NCBI GenBank assembly: GCA_951406725.2
Contig: OX597814.1
Coordinates: forward strand, 165,292,001 to 165,356,000
Direction: 5' to 3'
Length of the DNA: 64,000 nt
Source of the DNA: Octopus vulgaris
Lineage: Eukaryota
In this document: positions 14,151 through 29,349 of the stretch, piece after piece
Position numbering within the stretch: position 1 is the first letter of the stretch
Layout of the letters: each line of letters opens with the position of its first letter
The notes under the pieces: model-generated
Databases searched by the model: none
What the model was told of the DNA's origin: nothing
What the model saw: the letters and a program-made list of their open reading frames with translations, nothing else
Position numbers and translations under genes: made by a program

Positions 14151-14506
14151 TACATACATACATACATACATACATACATACATACATACATACAATATAC
14201 ATTCATACAATAGTACATACATACATGCATTACATACATACATACGTACATACATACCGGCATGCATACATACATTCATATATACATGCATACATACATA
14301 CATACATACATACATACATACATACATACATACATACATACGCACATACATACATACATACGCACATACATACATACATACGCGCATACATACGCACATA
14401 CATACATACATACATGCATACATACATACATACATACATACATACATACATACATACATACATACATACATACATACATACATCGATATCAATGTACACT
14501 CATACA

Positions 14507-14562
<56 letters not shown>

Positions 14563-14716
14563 AACGTATATTCATATATATATATATATGTACTTGCATA
14601 CATTCACACACACACACATATATATGTATATATATATATATATGACATACATACATTTATACTCATACACACACACATACATAGAAAAAAACACACACAT
14701 ACATACACACACACAT

Positions 14717-14765
<49 letters not shown>

Positions 14766-14940
14766 CAAACACACACAAATAGACGTACTAGCGAAAGACC
14801 ATTCAACACATCTGCTTTTTCTTACAAACACATACACACATGAATACACACATACATACACGCGCGCACATACACTTACATACACACATACATACCCACA
14901 TACACCCCCCCACACACACACACACACACAAACACACAAT
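14149..14940. repeat. Compound microsatellite (CATA)n/(TA)n/(CA)n
   Basis: Directly visible. Confidence 0.95.
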
Positions 14941-15480
14941 AATATGACATACTTGGCAAGATTTAGAACCACAATGAATAAAATCTCCAGAGGATTTCAC
15001 AAAATAGTTTTGTAGATATGTGATGAAAATATTCATGAATTTTTTTTTGTTTGTTTCCTAAATCAATAAAGATTAAAGATAGATATAAAGTAATAGTACG
15101 CGTGTTTGCAATATGGCAATATTTGAAAGTGCAAAAAATCGGTTTATCTCAATATATGGATCGAATAGCAAGTAAATAAAGAAAGTGTGCGACTCAGGAC
15201 AGAAGTGAATTATATAAAAGAGTGACTTGTATTTTCTATATTAGATGATTTGTCAAGTTTAGTACACAAATGTGTGTTAAAAATTTCTAAAACAAAAAGA
15301 CTGAATAATTAACTCTTTTCTATAAAGAGTTAATTATTTAGGTGCACGTATTTAAGTGTGTGTGCGTATGTGTGAGTGAGTGTGTGTGTGAGTGTATATA
15401 TGTATGTACGTGTGTGTTTGTGTCTGTGGGTATTTATATGTATATATATATGTGTATATATATGTATTTATGTATGTGTG

Positions 15481-15532
<52 letters not shown>

Positions 15533-15540
15533 TGTATGTA

Positions 15541-16104
15541 TGTCTACACTTCTTCTTATATAAACTCTTACCCTCTGTGTAGCAGGGATTTCCACAGAAC
15601 ACATATACTACGTTATTACGTAAACAGGATCTGGCTAGCGGACACGACTCCTTAATTCGACAATTACATTCCCCCATCCCACATCGGTATTAATTTTCCG
15701 ATTACTAGAGGTTTAATCACCTCCGACTGTCAGGTGTTGACCTGACGTAATGTTTACGTTAGAGCTAGTATCAGTTTGGAAGTTATAGAGTTCATTATAA
15801 AGATTTGTGTGGGTATATTTCTTAAGGCTGAGTTTAGATTTATTGATGGAAGCTATGCTCGAACCTAGATTCGGAGTTCTAGAGTACGACCATTTCCCTG
15901 AGGATTTATTAAAAATAGAATAATATTTATGATTTTTAGGAAGATTTTCCTTCAATATATTGAAAAACAATTTGGGTAAAGATTTGACTTGAAGACAGAA
16001 GGGCGGGGCAAACCATGTAATTTCACGTTTCCTAGATTTTGAGTATTTGGTCTGATTAGATTTTATATAGTTTTTATATTTATGTGAATTCCTAAATGCC
16101 ATCT
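15541..16104 (-). mobile_element. PLE (Naiad-like) fragment, RT thumb to GIY-YIG start; inverted 5' segment
   Basis: RKREITWFAPPFCLQVK..ENLPKNHKYYSIFNK..SYSRTPNL; CNCRIKESCPLARSCLRNNVVY; after a frameshift RVYIRRS (YIG-like). Confidence 0.85.
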
Positions 16105-16410
16105 TATTAATTCGGGCCTCATTCGTACTAAAGCAAAATATGAATCTTCTACAACGTTAGCTTCGTATATACAAGAACTCAAACTAAAAAAATATACAAT
16201 ACTCATTATTTTAGTCTATAATAGCAGAAGCACCCCCATACAATACAATTACGCGTGTATATAAATTGTGCATTAGTGAGTCCATGAACATTCTTCGTCG
16301 ATATGAGCCTACATCATTAAATATGTTCTCGGATGCTATATTTTCCTGTAACCATAGATACCGTTCAACATTTAAATATTTTGATAATCCTCGACAAATT
16401 AACCATTAAA
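16105..16410 (+). mobile_element. PLE (Naiad-like) endonuclease C-terminus, forward segment
   Basis: RASF..YESSTTLASYIQELK..SIIAEAPPYNTITRVYKLCISES..SLN..IFSCNHRYR. Confidence 0.8.
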
Positions 16411-16957
16411 TTTTTGATTAACTATATTTCAATTAATCTCTATACTCCTGCCATCCTGTAGCTTCATATTGATAAATTATACCTGCTTAATATTTTCTAA
16501 ATCGCATTTCCCATAATTCTTGTCATAGCATTTCCTCCCCCTGTTAACAACTGCATCTCCCTATATAACTAAATCTCATCTACCCAGTACAACATTGCTC
16601 GAAATGTGACATTCGCCCCCTTCCCTTTTTTTGAAGTTAATGTTATTATTTAAAGTTAGTACTGCTTGGTTATATCACGGTTGTTAAATTGTTGAACGTT
16701 GTTTTTGTGTTTTGTTAATACACAACTGTTTACTGCTTTGTGGAAGTCCGGTGTTCGTTTCCTCCTTGTTTTGAGTGGGGGAGGCGCTTGTTGTGGAGGA
16801 TGGATTTTGATTGCGAAAGATTGGGTTTTTCAGGCATAAGTACGTCAGAAAGTGAAATGGTAGATTCAATTGGAGGAGGAGATGACAAGAGAAATGGAGG
16901 TAAATATCGAAAAAAGTACAAAAAGTTTTGCGGCAGGACGTAAAAGAATATAAAAAT

Positions 16958-17600
16958 ATGATGCAAAAGGAGGGGTATGTAGAGGAACTGACCCCTCCTA
17001 GTGAAGTATCAAAAGATGTGCAGGTTAAAACAGTGATATACAAGATATGTATTGAAGGAAAAAATAATTGACGTAGCAACGAAGGATCATATTGAAAGAT
17101 GCTTGGGGTGCATCTGACCGTAAATCATGTATATGGCCAGGGGCAACAACTATGCGTTGGTAGAAATAAGCTTTCATACAGAAGAAAGGGCCCGGCAGCA
17201 CTCTGTGGCCGCCCTGAAGACACAAGAGATATTATTTCTACAATCTTACATTGGAAGGCGTGTTGCCAAGGTAAGAGTAGAGGAAATCTCGCCGGAAGTG
17301 AATAAGGTCTGGCTGGTGGAAGCAATAACTCTAGACTTGGAGGAAAGAATATCAATCCTCCAAGCAACAAGGATATCAATGCAAAATTTTCTGGGGCGGG
17401 GACTGGAGGTGATTGTCCATGCTACCCCAGAAGATCTGAATAACATTGCAGACACTATTTTCGTAGGTGAAAAGAGGTTGAGTATTGTGGTGGAGAGCAG
17501 AAGGCCTCGTTGTTTTAAGTGTGTCCAGATGGGCCACAGAAGAGCTGAATGCCCTCCACCCCCAGCGAAAGTCACAGAGGTCAGAATGGAGGAAACCGTA
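16958..17600 (+). pseudogene. Tx1/L1-type LINE ORF1 (gag-like zinc knuckle), two in-frame stops, truncated by a SINE
   Basis: RRPRCFKCVQMGHRRAECP (CX2CX4HX4C); the frame extends upstream to ATG 16958 through two stops. Confidence 0.75.
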
Positions 17601-17800
17601 CTGACACTTTATTTCAGGTTGCTCCAGTTCACTCAGCTGTAGAAATGAGTTGCGGCATCACAGGTGCCAAGCTGTATCGACCTTTGCCATGGGCGACTAC
17701 TGGTCTTCCATAAAACAACTTGCCCTGACTTGTGCCTCGGAGGGGAACTTTCTAGGTGCATTCCCATGGTCATTCATGCCCGAAGAGGGCCTTTACTTTT
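17600..17800 (+). mobile_element. SINE family E, 3' part
   Basis: gttgctccagttcactcagctgtagaaatgagttgcg...ggaactttctaggtgcaa; also at 52345-52695 (-, with tRNA-like head) and 63830-64000. Confidence 0.7.
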
Positions 17801-17802
17801 TA

Positions 17803-18476
17803 TATATCATATTCAATGTATGACAAAGTTTTACTGTTGTATTCGTCCGGCGACAATATCTGCCATGGGTGTGCTCTGTTTAAAAGCACAATATATATAT
17901 TGGATGAGGACAGAATTCATCCCAACAGCGGTGAGTGAGAACGTTACGTGTATTTCTGCCTTTGTTTAAGCCGATCAATAACGTGTACTCACTACCAGTA
18001 TTCTTAGACGAAATCTATCATCACAGATATATACGAAAACAGTGAAGCAGCCATTGGTGCTCGATTGAAGAAAACAGCCGCTCGATTGAAGAAAAATCCG
18101 TTATATAACGCAGAAACATTATCAGATTAAAAGAGTCATTTGGGTATCATACTTAATGTAAATACATTGTGACAGGCAAAATTTACTGGATTTTTATTCA
18201 GCCAGACGGCTACACCAGTGACTTAGTTCACTGTTTTCGAATACGTCTGACGAAAGATTTCGTTTAAGCATGCTAGCAGTGAGAACACGATATTCATAGC
18301 GCCCAACGAGGCAAAAATGCATCTAACGTTCTCACTCGCTGCTGTTGAGACAAGCTACCCTTCGCAACGATATAAACATATTGTGTTTCTAAACACAGCG
18401 CATACATTGGAGATATTGTCTCTGGACGAACACTGCAATAAATTTTGCCTGCCACGATGTATTTGCATGAAATATT
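17803..18476. mobile_element. Old MITE or fold-back element with ~260-bp imperfect inverted arms
   Basis: Arms about 17803-18059 and 18213-18476 (e.g. gagtgagaacgtta/taacgttctcactc, cgaaaacagtgaa/ttcactgttttcg). Confidence 0.75.
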
Positions 18477-18504
18477 ACAGGATCTCATTCTCTCTCTTTC
18501 TTTG

Positions 18505-18554
<50 letters not shown>

Positions 18555-19289
18555 TGTTGTGTGTGTGTGTCTTTATGTAATAGATTATTTTATAATAAGA
18601 AATGTGGTGATAGTTAAAGATTAAAAATTAAAGTTCATAAACTTTAACATTTCACAGAGAAGAAAATATAAAGTAAAAGAGTCTAATAATAAATATTGAT
18701 GATAAATTTATGGTGAGGAAAAGGAAATGGAGAATAAAGAAGTGCACCCTCATTTAAAGAGAGTAAAATATTAAAACAACTAAGCAAATAAGGAATTTTG
18801 GAATAGACATGTAATTATTTAAGATGTTTATGATAAATGCTGAGCAAAGTTACGAAAGGACGTAACTCCAAAGTGTTCATGCAAATTCTAGATTATTAAA
18901 TAATTAAATTCTTAAATTACTAAATTATTAAATAATTGGAGAATTAAATGGTAAATGAAATTAAATTAGGTAAAAGAGTCTATATTTGGAAGTTTAGGAA
19001 ATTAGTGAAATAAATGACGAATTATTTGAAAAAATTACAGGAAAATAGGAAATAAACTTTAAAAGGGTTAAAGATCAGAAAGAATGTAAGTGAATCTATA
19101 ACATTTGTGCAGAAAATCGAATGCTGCAGTCAGAGTTACTAAACCACTGTTATGGAGAATGCATAAGAGAAAGAGCGTTTGTTTGAAGTCGAAATGGAGG
19201 ACATTTTTGAGTCGTATAATTTTTCAGTTAAAACGGAAATATATTTTCACTGTTTAAATTTTCATTCCGTATAAATTTATTTTGAGTGA

Positions 19290-20100
19290 TAGGCGTAAGC
19301 GTGGTTGTTAAGTAAGAAGCTTGCGAGAGGTACCAGGATCATTACCTGGATTCTCCACCCAAAGGCGGCGAGCTGGCAGAAACGTTAGCACGCCGGGCGA
19401 AATGCGTAGCCGTATTTCGTCTGCCGCTACGTTCTGAGTTCAAATTCCACCGAGGTCGACTTTGCTTTTCATCCTTTCTGGGGTCGATATAATCGACTTA
19501 ATCCGTCTGTCTGTCCTTGTTTGTCTCCTCTGTGTCTAGCCCCTTGTGGGTAGTAAAGAAAAAGGTATTTCGTCTGCCGATGCGTTCTGAGTTCAAATTC
19601 CGCCGAGGTCGACTTTGCCTTTCATCCTTTCAGGGTCGATAAATTAAGTACCAGTCACGCACTGGGATCGACTTAATTCCCTTTGTCTGTCCTTGTTTGT
19701 CCCCTCTATGTTTAGCCCCTTGTGGGCAATAAAGAAGTAAAAAGCTTGCTTCTTAATCATATCGTCTTGGGTTCAAATCTACTGCGCAGTACCTTGAGCA
19801 GTGATCTGCTGTAGTTCTGGGCCGACCAAAGTGGATTTGGTAGACAGAAGCTAAAAGAAACCCATCGTATGTGTAAGTGTGCGAGAACGCGCACGTACAT
19901 GTCAGTTCCCCACCACTGCTTATTAACAGTGTTAGTTTGTTTACGTCACCGTAACTTAGTGGTTCGGGAAAAAAGAGTCCGATGGATTAAGTATAAGTTT
20001 TAAAAATAAGTACTTAGGTCGATTTATTCGTCTGAACCCCTCAAGGCGTTGTTCCAGCAAAGCCGCAGTCCAAAGAATAAAAACAAGTAAAAGATGATAA
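19290..20100 (+). mobile_element. Nested SINEs: SINE-A interrupted by a tandem (full plus partial) SINE-B at 19361-19740
   Basis: SINE-A head stops near 19325 (aagcttgc) and resumes at 19742; two SINE-B bodies lie between. Confidence 0.75.
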
Positions 20101-20339
20101 AAAAATGATGAAATTATGAGATTTTAGATCCCTAAGTGACTTCTGGGACACACTGCATGTGTGTGTTTACGTGTGTCTGTGCGTGTGTGTGTGTACTGAG
20201 TGTGTACGTGTGTAATACGCACACACGCGTGCGCAGGATTTTGGCTTCATCAATCTATGGATACATGTGCGTATGTGTGTGTGTGTGTGCGCGCGCGCAT
20301 GCTAATGCTGTTTATGTTATTGTTGTGGTTCTTGTTTGC

Positions 20340-21860
<1,521 letters not shown>

Positions 21861-22842
21861 TATGTTGATGTGGATGAAAGAATTTGGTAATATTGGAGGT
21901 TGTTTGTGATAATGGCAGTATCATTAAGGATGCTGAGTGTGGTTGTGGTGAAAGAATTATAGTATTTGCTAGATCTATTGCGGATATGGAGACAGTGGTG
22001 GCAGCGGCGGCGGCGGCAGGGTGGTGAAATTATAGTGACTATTATAATGACACAGCTCCTCACACATGATGGCTCCATAAGTAACATTCCTGCGAAGTAA
22101 AGTTTCTACAATTTCTTGCCCGCATTCATCTAAGTCCACGTTCAGTAAAACGCCATAAAAAACTTTTTTTTTTTACTCCATGAAACGCAAAGCAATCGAT
22201 TCTGATATTGTCCTCAAGCATCATTGAACTCTGATATTTTTCGCTTTCTACAAGAATCTATTCCGACCTCTCAAAATATGCTACAAGGTATCCTTCTGTC
22301 TCCAACAGAAGAAACCTCTTTAATCTTTCCAGCTATCAAGCAGTCACTCACACAACATCTAAAAACGATATAGAGACAATTGTAAACATTTATTTTCTCC
22401 ATCAGCATCAACCCTTTCTCCATCTTCAGTGACTTCCAGTACATATTCTGTAGAGCCAAATCAACTGAGGACCAAGAGTGCTTATATGCACCGGAAACCA
22501 ATATAAAATGGGGGGTTTTTTCATGGTAACTATCTCAGTATTGCGTGTTCTAATACAATATCCACTTTTAAGTGGAGATAAATATCACCTTTTGATTTAA
22601 CACTGCTTCTGTCAGTGTTAATATTTTTTTAATAAGCCCACTACCTATTCGCGACACTAATGCTTGTTTAGACACTGAAGTTCTGTGTATTTTGTTTTTT
22701 ATGTCTTTCACCAGTGGTATTTCAGCACTGAGAAATTTGTTGAAATAGTAGTTGCTCTTTACATCAGTTAAAATATTTGACCTGTCAGACATGAAAATCA
22801 AGGAAATACTCAACTACCTCACACTCTCTAGTCTAGAACATA

Positions 22843-23695
22843 CGTGGTGGTATCAAAAGGTTCCCGGGCTGGTTATGTTTGATAAAAAAATAACTTATTT
22901 ACCAAAGTTTTAACCTCATCTCTGAAATAGTGGTTTTGCGCAGCAATACACCAGTCTCAGTGTTTCTGCCTCTTTTGGAATCCGACCTGGAAATCGTTTT
23001 CTGTAAGCGAGTCGAGGATCTTCTGCAATTCTCTCTGGATCACGGCAACGGTGTTAAAGCGGTGGCCTTTGAGCTGCATTTTCCTCTTGGGGAAGAGATG
23101 GAAGTCCGCCGGTGCTAAATCTGGCGAACAGGGTGGGTGCGGAAAGGATACGATGTTGTTTTGAGACGAGAAACTACAGATCCCGTCGCTTACGCCGAAT
23201 GTCATCCCTAAAACGCTTCAAAACGTCGCAGTTGAACTCTCGATTGACGATCTGGCCCTGTGGTGGTGGGGAGGGGTGATTCTCGTAGCACAATAACACA
23301 TTTGACGCTCATGGTTGGTCTTCCAGATTGCTCATCGTCGTGCATGGATGCTCTTCCGCTTTTAAAGCGCCCGTGCCACTCGAAACATTGCGTACGACCC
23401 ATTACTTCGTTGCCGTAAGCTTGCCGAAGCATGCTCAATGTCTCTGTAGCAGACGTCCCAAGTTTAGCGCAAAATTTCACGTTGACTCTTGTTCCTGTCT
23501 GTGACAAAATCGCAGACTACAGCATACACGTGATCAGAAAAACACAAATTTCACAATTTGCGACGTAAACACAGCGATGTCACACGGCAGACTGCCTCAT
23601 GAAATTCACTGCTAGCTCTCAATCCGTAGGCACCCGTATGCTGCCATTTGTTTGCAGACTGCAGAACTAGTCCGGGAACTTTTTAATATACCTCG
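22843..23695 (-). mobile_element. Mariner element (Hsmar2/irritans-like TIR), internally deleted, both TIRs, TA TSD
   Basis: TA|cgtggtggtatcaaaaggttccc ... gggaactttttaatatacctcg|TA; RVNVKFCAKLG..ETLSMLRQAYG..FEWHGRFKSGR; HPPCSPDLAPADFHLFPK. Confidence 0.9.
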
Positions 23696-23729
23696 TACAA
23701 TGAATATACATTATTTCACTACAAATATT

Positions 23730-24210
23730 AGATCTTACAATCTCCGACGATCTCTCTAGGAAATAATATATTCACAAACGTAACAAAAATTACATCGCAA
23801 ACATTAGCTTTCCTATTCTGGGCCACAAAGCATTTTACCTCCGAACAGTTTCTGATACTCTACATATCGAGAGACCTGTAATGTACTGCTACACACACAA
23901 ACATAGATTACATCCAAAAGAAAACTAACCGGCAAATTTGCAAAACCCATTCTCTCTATCACACTTCAACCTCTTACTTATAAGTGTACTGTATCTTCAT
24001 TTTTCTTTTCCTACTGCTACTCTGACGACCTCTGATCATTAGAGATACTAACATACACACCAAGCCCCGCCCTCGATATATTCGTTTCTCTACTTTCCGT
24101 CATTCATCCTGTGTCTCATCATTTCTGGCCCCAGTACCAAATCTATACCAATTTTTTTCTTCTCCAAAACATCACCTACTGGAATTCCCTTCTCAACCAC
24201 TTTTTTTTCT
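23730..24210 (+). mobile_element. CR1/Jockey-group LINE 3' remnant
   Basis: ATKHFTSEQFLILY..RPVM and a terminal WNSL motif; heavily decayed. Confidence 0.5.
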
Positions 24211-25787
24211 GGCACAAGTCTCGAGGGACCTCCCGAAGGCTACATTCGAGAATAACCACAGGATTTTTTTTTTTTTTTGATAGCCACTTCCCATGTTGTG
24301 TGACAAACAGGAAATTTCTATGATGGACTGCTCAGTCACTCTGATGATTGCCGAATTTTGTCGCTGCTTCAATCAACAACAAAAAAATCGATATGTCCCG
24401 ATCGTCCTGTATGCAGGATTGTAGTTACAGTTATGTTTCCAACACCTACACTATCATCACAACAGTTTTAAATGTAGCATGCAGACTTAAGTAAAGCAGA
24501 ATTGTGCAATCTTCCACATCAGTCTCTCTTCTCAACTTTTCGGATCCAGTGTCATGACAAATCAAGACAACCGTCGAAAGTTTTGAACGGTAATCTGTAA
24601 GGGTTTTCTTTCCCTTCACTTTTGCCTTTCAAAAATTTCACAAAAGGCAGTACATTTTCATCTAAACTCATTTACCTTTGACCCAACAGAATCGTTTTAC
24701 TATTTACTGCCTGGGGATGGGAGACGGGCAGGAAAAGATCTGGCAAAAGAAAGGAAACTTGCGCACCCGCTTTCTTCTTTCACGATAACGAGTCAACTGA
24801 ACTACGCCAGACACAAGTGGGCACTTAACTAAAACTATTTGCAAAAGTAAATATTCAATTACGTTTTCTCTATTATACATTTCTACATAATATTCTAATT
24901 TATAAACAGCTTTGTAGAGTTCAGTTTCAATAAATGTTTATTTATTCAACAATTCAATTCGTAAGTTTGAGTGTTGTTATATCTTTTGTTGTTTGCAACC
25001 ACTTCTTTGTGGGACACTTGATTTGAATGAAATTTGCGAGATGCTAATATGTTCCAATGGAGTTCCTCTCTGTAGTTTAGGGAAAGGGGTTGCTCTTTTG
25101 CTTTTGTTTTTGTTTTTACCCTTTCATTTTTCTTAAGTAGCATGAATTCTTTCATCTGCAAATGAAGGGCGTCCAGTTGAGCAGATATAAAAACTACGTT
25201 TTTTCTTTTGTTCTCAAATGCGCTAATAGCACTTAAACTAAACAAATTATTATTTAAAGATGGGGTAGTGTTTTGGATAGGGCGCCCCATTTCTTGGTTT
25301 CTGTGTTACTCCCAGAATTGATATAACGAAGTAATTTCCAGTAAATATTCAACTTTATGTTAACATCCAAAATAGAAGACTTTCTAACATAGAGAAATTT
25401 GGGTGGAGGAAACAGTCTATTGTAACGACTTCGGTTATTAATCGATACTTCTTTCATCAACTCTTGAGTATTGATTCATTAATGTTGACCACGGCGAGAT
25501 TTGAATTCAGAAGGCTTGGATAGTGAGCATCACCAGCATTATGTGTGCTGTCCCCACCCAACCATCACTTCACAACCGATGCTGGTGTGTTTAGGTCCCT
25601 GTAACTTAGCGGTTCGGCAAAAGAGAACGATAGAATAAGTGCTAGGCTTACAAAGAATAAGTCCCGTGGTCAATTTCATCGACTAAAACAAACCCTTCAA
25701 TGCGGTGCTCCAGCATAGCTGCAGTCAAATGACTGAAACAAGTTAAGAACACCAAGGCTGTGTAGATATTAGAACATTTATAGATAG

Positions 25788-25839
25788 GTCTTACAGCTGT
25801 TTCCAGAATATTTATTAATCATATCCCTTCATCGGAGAC
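25788..25839 (-). ncRNA. Type-I minimal hammerhead motif (CCGAUGA core variant) in a probable PLE 3' remnant at about 25760-26200
   Basis: GTCT-CCGATGA-A-GGGATAT..ATATTCT-G-GAAAC-AGCT-GTA-AGAC; palindromic stem III ACAGCTGT; stem I GTCT/AGAC. Confidence 0.6.
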
Positions 25840-26804
25840 GGTGTGAGAGGATGGTTAAGTAATAGTTAATTTAGATAGGATACAAAATAGAGAGTGGGGT
25901 GGAGGAAAGAAAATAACTGTGAGATATGTAGAGATATTGAAGTTGTAGATTCATTGTAGTAATGGATAAACAATTCCTTGGCATCTCTCTTAAGGACACA
26001 CCTACTCCTCAATATATATATATTTATTTTATAAGTGTAGATCACGAGTGGGTATATATTTATAAAAAAGAAGTTTGAAAACGCCACTATATAAGATAAA
26101 CTTTAATTTTCTTAGAAATTTTACATGTTTCGGTTCTTCTTGAAAAAATGAACCTTACCAAAAATATTTTAAAAAGTTAAGTGTAATAAAAAAGTTCATA
26201 ATTGTTTCTTACTGGTCTCAACAGAATCCACGTGGTTGTTTTTAGCTGCCTTATGTGTCCGAATGTGTCCGATAATATATATATATATATATATATATAT
26301 TATCGTCTATCGTTTACTTGCTTCACTCATTTCACTGCTGCCATGATGGGGCACCGCCTTGAAGAGTTTTTAGCCGATTGGATCGACTCTTGTATTTTTT
26401 TTAACTTGGTAGTTTACGGTGATGTAAACACATCAACACCGGTTGTCAAGCGATGGTGGGAGGGGAACAAACACAAACATGCACGTACGCAAACACACAC
26501 ATACGAACACACACATATATGTGTGTGTGTGTGGATTTAGAACACGGAAATTGAAAGAAGCTTGTTGTGTTTAAATATGTACATATGCACAACAGACTTC
26601 TTTCAGTTTCTCTTTACCAAATCCACTCTCAAGGCTTTGATCGACCCGGGCACATAGTAGAAGACACTTGCCCAAGGTGCCACGCAGTAGGACTGAATCC
26701 GGAACCAAGGGGTTGGGAAGCAAGAGTCTCAATGCACAGCCTCGCCTGCGCCTATAATCTATTTTTCCTTCTCGCTCTTTCTTTTTTTTCTCTCTCTCTT
26801 TCAC

Positions 26805-26854
<50 letters not shown>

Positions 26855-27149
26855 TCTACTTAAAAGAGGTGGAAATTAAATTTTTGTTGCATATTAATAT
26901 CATTATCAAAGTGTTTTTTTTTTAATATTTCAAACTGCAATTAATGTTGTTTTTAGGTTTCAGTCAATAAAATTCAACAATAAAATGCACTATGAGCGTC
27001 TTGGTTTATCGAAACAAAGTCGGAAATTCAAACACGAAGAAATTACACAGCTAAAAATGGAAAACAAGCTTCGGCACATCAGTCGGTTCGCAAATGGAAG
27101 CGGGGATGTTGCTACATAAACCGAAGAATGGAAGGCCAAAACATCTGAA

Positions 27150-28100
27150 GAAAATATTGAATGTATCCGTCACTCGTTTCAACTTTCCCCATCTAAGTCT
27201 ATCTGTATTGCTTCCGCTTCACTGCCTCTACCGAGATACGTCTAGTCATAAGGATGCCATTTTAGCGTGTGAGATAAGCATGAAAGATCATTCAGAGATT
27301 GTTAAGTTCTGCCATCTGTAAGATGTTTGAACTTTTAGAGGGGATGTTGCAACTTGTGTAGATCTGGCGTGATGTTTCTAGACCGCATGAGTATGATGCC
27401 TATATACAAAAGAATAAAAAGTAAGGGATAGTATCTTCTGCATTGGAATGTATCTTGTTGGAAGTATCTACGAGGCGATCGTTAATGTAATTAATGTATG
27501 AAACATTAGGTGATGCCATTGATAAGATTAATAGAGTGTGAGTCAGATAGCTGCAGTCACACTCTGTAATTGAGTGGTGTGACAAGAAACGTCGGCTGAT
27601 GAAGTGATAAATAGAAATAGTCCAATGTTTAGTAACTCAGCCAGAAAGTTTTCGTTTATATTCGGTTCAAGGCGTTGCTTTCGACCGAAGTACTGAAGGA
27701 CGAGAAAATCCTGGTGTGTGACGTTGGAGACGGATTAGCCAATAGTTCTGACCCTGAAGACCTTGCATAACTGGTCGCTGAAAAGTAAGAGAGATTCGAG
27801 GTAATGATGGAAGTAGTTTTTAACAATTGTTTCCGTCGTTTTCAGAAGTTAGAATCTAATATGATGCGTTGTAAGTTGGTGGAATCAGAGACGTCACTCT
27901 GCTTTGGAATAGAGCACGCAATGACGTACAGCTATAGACAGGAGCTAGGCTGTTATAATCTGGATCCTCGTCCACTTGTGTATTGTTGTTGGCACTGTTA
28001 TGTTATTGTCGCCACTATTATGTTGTGGCGATATTCCGTGTCTTATTTTTGCCTCGTCTATCGTGCTATCGCAGATAGCTCCGCAAGATAATGACTTTGA
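27150..28100 (-). mobile_element. CR1/Jockey-group LINE RT fossil
   Basis: SPNVSYINYINDRLVDTSNKIHSNAEDT corresponds to SPxLFxxYINDL...YADD. Confidence 0.55.
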
Positions 28101-28130
28101 AAGCGTCTACCTTGACGGTAACTCGAACTC

Positions 28131-28350
28131 GAGCTCCTTACTTTAACAGATCTTTATAAATAGTGGTTCATGGAACAGATCTTCTATATCCTGTCTACCC
28201 TGATAAAAAAAATTCAAGAATAGGTATCGGAAAATCATCAATATTCGCTCTCATCTTCTTTTAATACTAATATAGATAGGAAACTACTGGCCTTTTAGGA
28301 AAACATTTCCCAATGCCACACTATTGTAAGATCTCCAGTAAATGTATACT
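28131..28350 (+). mobile_element. Naiad-like PLE fragment, duplicate of 30551-30770
   Basis: ~210-bp direct repeat; APYFNRSL..NRYRKII..NTNIDRK..KHFP. Confidence 0.7.
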
Positions 28351-29068
28351 AAAAAAACATTTGGAAACAATTTTTTTATTTTTGTCTCATTCGAACCGCC
28401 TATATTTTCACAGGGAACAGTAATGGATGTATCTCACATTATAAATAATTCCATATATTCTGTACCACAAAGGTTTAGTGATTTTTTCAATACATAAATG
28501 ATTGTCCTCTTCGTTTCATCTCGAAAAGTTACATTGCAAATACATTCACCTATAAAATATAATTTCTTTCCAGTTACACCATATGCTACTTTATTTGATT
28601 TAGATAATTTCGGCTTACCGCTTTGCCTCCATGTTTCTTCATTTGTGATAGTGATGTCACTCCACGTGTCTAATTGCATTTCGACACTAGTAGCTTCGAT
28701 TCTCTGACGAATTTTCTGTTTGTTGTACAAAGTCTTTTCTCTGATGGCCAACTATTTATTTTTTCTCGTTTGGACCAATTTTTCGACATCTTAGTTGTGC
28801 AGTGCGATTTGATGTGCCCTGTGTTCTCACATTGAAAACACTGCTTTTTTGAAAGGACACTCTTTTCTCAGATGCCTACCATCGCATGCCATACATAGGT
28901 CTATCTCCTGTTGTATATCGTATTTTTTGGGAAACACTTTATCCGTCTTCCGAGTCTTCCAAACTGGTTTTATCTGTAAACAATCTCTGCGTTGGATTTT
29001 TTTGTGTCGTGCCTTACTTTTTATATCTTATCACACACTTCTGACAGTTTCTGGAGAATTATATCCTG

Positions 29069-29349
29069 TTCTATATTTAAGAGATGAGGAATTATGTACA
29101 TTATTTACATTATTTACATTTAACGGATATTTGTCCACATCTTGTTTGTTGTTAACACAACGTTTCGGCTGATATACCCTCCAGCCTTCATCAGGTGTCG
29201 AAATTTCCCTTCATCAGGTGTCGAACCCAGGTTCGAAATTTCTCCAAGACACCTGATGAAGGCTGGAGGGTATATCAGCCGAAACGTTGTGTTAACGACA
29301 AACAAAATGAATACAAATATCCGTCAAATGTAAATAATGTAAATAATGT
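29069..29349. mobile_element. Fold-back PLE-type insertion with two opposed hammerheads and a 12-bp TSD
   Basis: TSD aattatatcctg at 29057-29068 and 29350-29361; arms 29097-29199 and 29248-29350; removing it restores gag EMNQDIILQKLSE. Confidence 0.9.
29248..29293 (+). ncRNA. Minimal type-I hammerhead ribozyme (mirror copy at 29154-29199, - strand)
   Basis: GACAC-CTGATGA-A-GGCTG-gagggtatat-CAGCC-GAAAC-GTT-GTGTT: intact core, stems I and II, palindromic AACGTT stem III. Confidence 0.8.

Noticed and set aside
18590-19290. AT-rich purine-biased stretch, possibly an L1 ORF2 C-terminus (NHCYGEC)
   Set aside because: Too decayed to assign by eye
22080-22840. Possible hAT transposase remnant (SVSKQALVSRI)
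   Set aside because: Single weak motif; no TIR or TSD found
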